Assembly: GCA_012295275.1 (NCBI GenBank) | Contig: CM022676.1 | Span: forward strand, 14,136,001 to 14,200,000 | Origin: Chrysomallon squamiferum | Taxonomy: Eukaryota; Animalia; Mollusca | Direction: 5' to 3' | DNA length: 64,000 nt | Shown here: positions 63,143-64,000 of the stretch, one piece after another | Layout: every line of letters begins with the position of its first letter | Numbering within the stretch: the stretch's first letter is position 1 | Translations under genes and position numbers: made by a program | The notes under the pieces: model-generated | Told to the model about the DNA's origin: nothing | The model's database searches: none | Seen by the model: only the letters and a program-made list of their open reading frames with translations

Positions 63143-63539
63143 GTAAGACCATCATCTCACTGCTTACATCACTGTGTCAACAACAACAACAACTTTCCTC
63201 CTTGCATTAGTCATTGAAACGCTTTTCTATATTCTTTTATATTCCTTTCTAATTAGGTCTTTCCTTCTTTCCATTTCCTTTTCCATTTCATTTATTCAGT
63301 CTTTCAGTCATTCGTGCTTTATTTCTTATTTCGTTTCTTACTTTTTCTTCCTTCCTTACTTCATACTTTTTTTTTACTTTGAACAGGTAAAAATGAAGAG
63401 ATTGAAGAGACTATTACTGTTGCAGTTAGAATTATTATTATAATCCTAACTTTTATTATCATCCTCATCATCTTCATTATTATGGTTATTGTTATTAATG
63501 TTATTATTTTTGTTATTGTTATTATTACTGGTGTAGTTG

Positions 63540-63583
<44 letters not shown>

Positions 63584-64000
63584 GCAATACATTTCAGTTT
63601 GTAAACGCTTGTTACTTATTTATTCTTCGTTTTCTTTTTCTTTTCTTTTTTCTTTTTCCAAATTTACTAAAACATCATTTAATATCAGCTGACATCATAT
63701 TAATGAATAGCTTTTGCTAATTTTCACAAAAAATAACAAATATTCATAAATAAATAAAACAAAATGTTTTAATAGAAATTTAAATAGTAAATTTAAAATA
63801 CATTATTTTACACATTGTATTTATTTAACAGAAATAAAGTTTTGTTAAACTAGCACTGCCATTATGTTTTGAATGCTAAAGAAATATTGATTAATTATTT
63901 AGTTGACTTGATTTTCGTGTTTTAATAACGTTGTTGACTTCTTTTATTTTTGTTTGGAATCGTTTTTCCTTATTTACTGCATCCCCCCCGCTCCCCAGAC

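Overview
AT-rich, microsatellite-dense eukaryotic genomic DNA with GT-AG introns. The Ig-domain styles and the BTB-BACK-PHR gene suggest a lophotrochozoan, probably a mollusc (inference). Two 200-N gaps split the window into three contigs. The main content is a cluster of immunoglobulin-superfamily (IgSF) loci built from one-domain, phase-1 exons: (A) a single-Ig type-I membrane receptor at 11.9-15.1 kb with a frame problem around its TM/tail exon; (B) a multi-Ig locus at 20.2-30.3 kb with duplicated leader exons, two N-terminal-type Cys-rich V-like exons and several damaged exons; (C) a CpG-richer gene at 58.4-64 kb with alternating long/short Ig exons; and orphan minus-strand Ig pseudo-exons at 0.3-1.0 kb and 34.8-35.9 kb. 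The middle contig holds an intact two-coding-exon BTB-BACK-PHR gene, a ~4-6 kb tandem duplication containing an Asn/Ser-type minisatellite ORF and copies of BTB-upstream sequence, and is bounded by inverted copies of one repeat family. Also present: a decayed L2/CR1-type LINE, a Tigger/pogo fragment, a foldback element and a 53-bp satellite. All calls were made by eye, with no database search.
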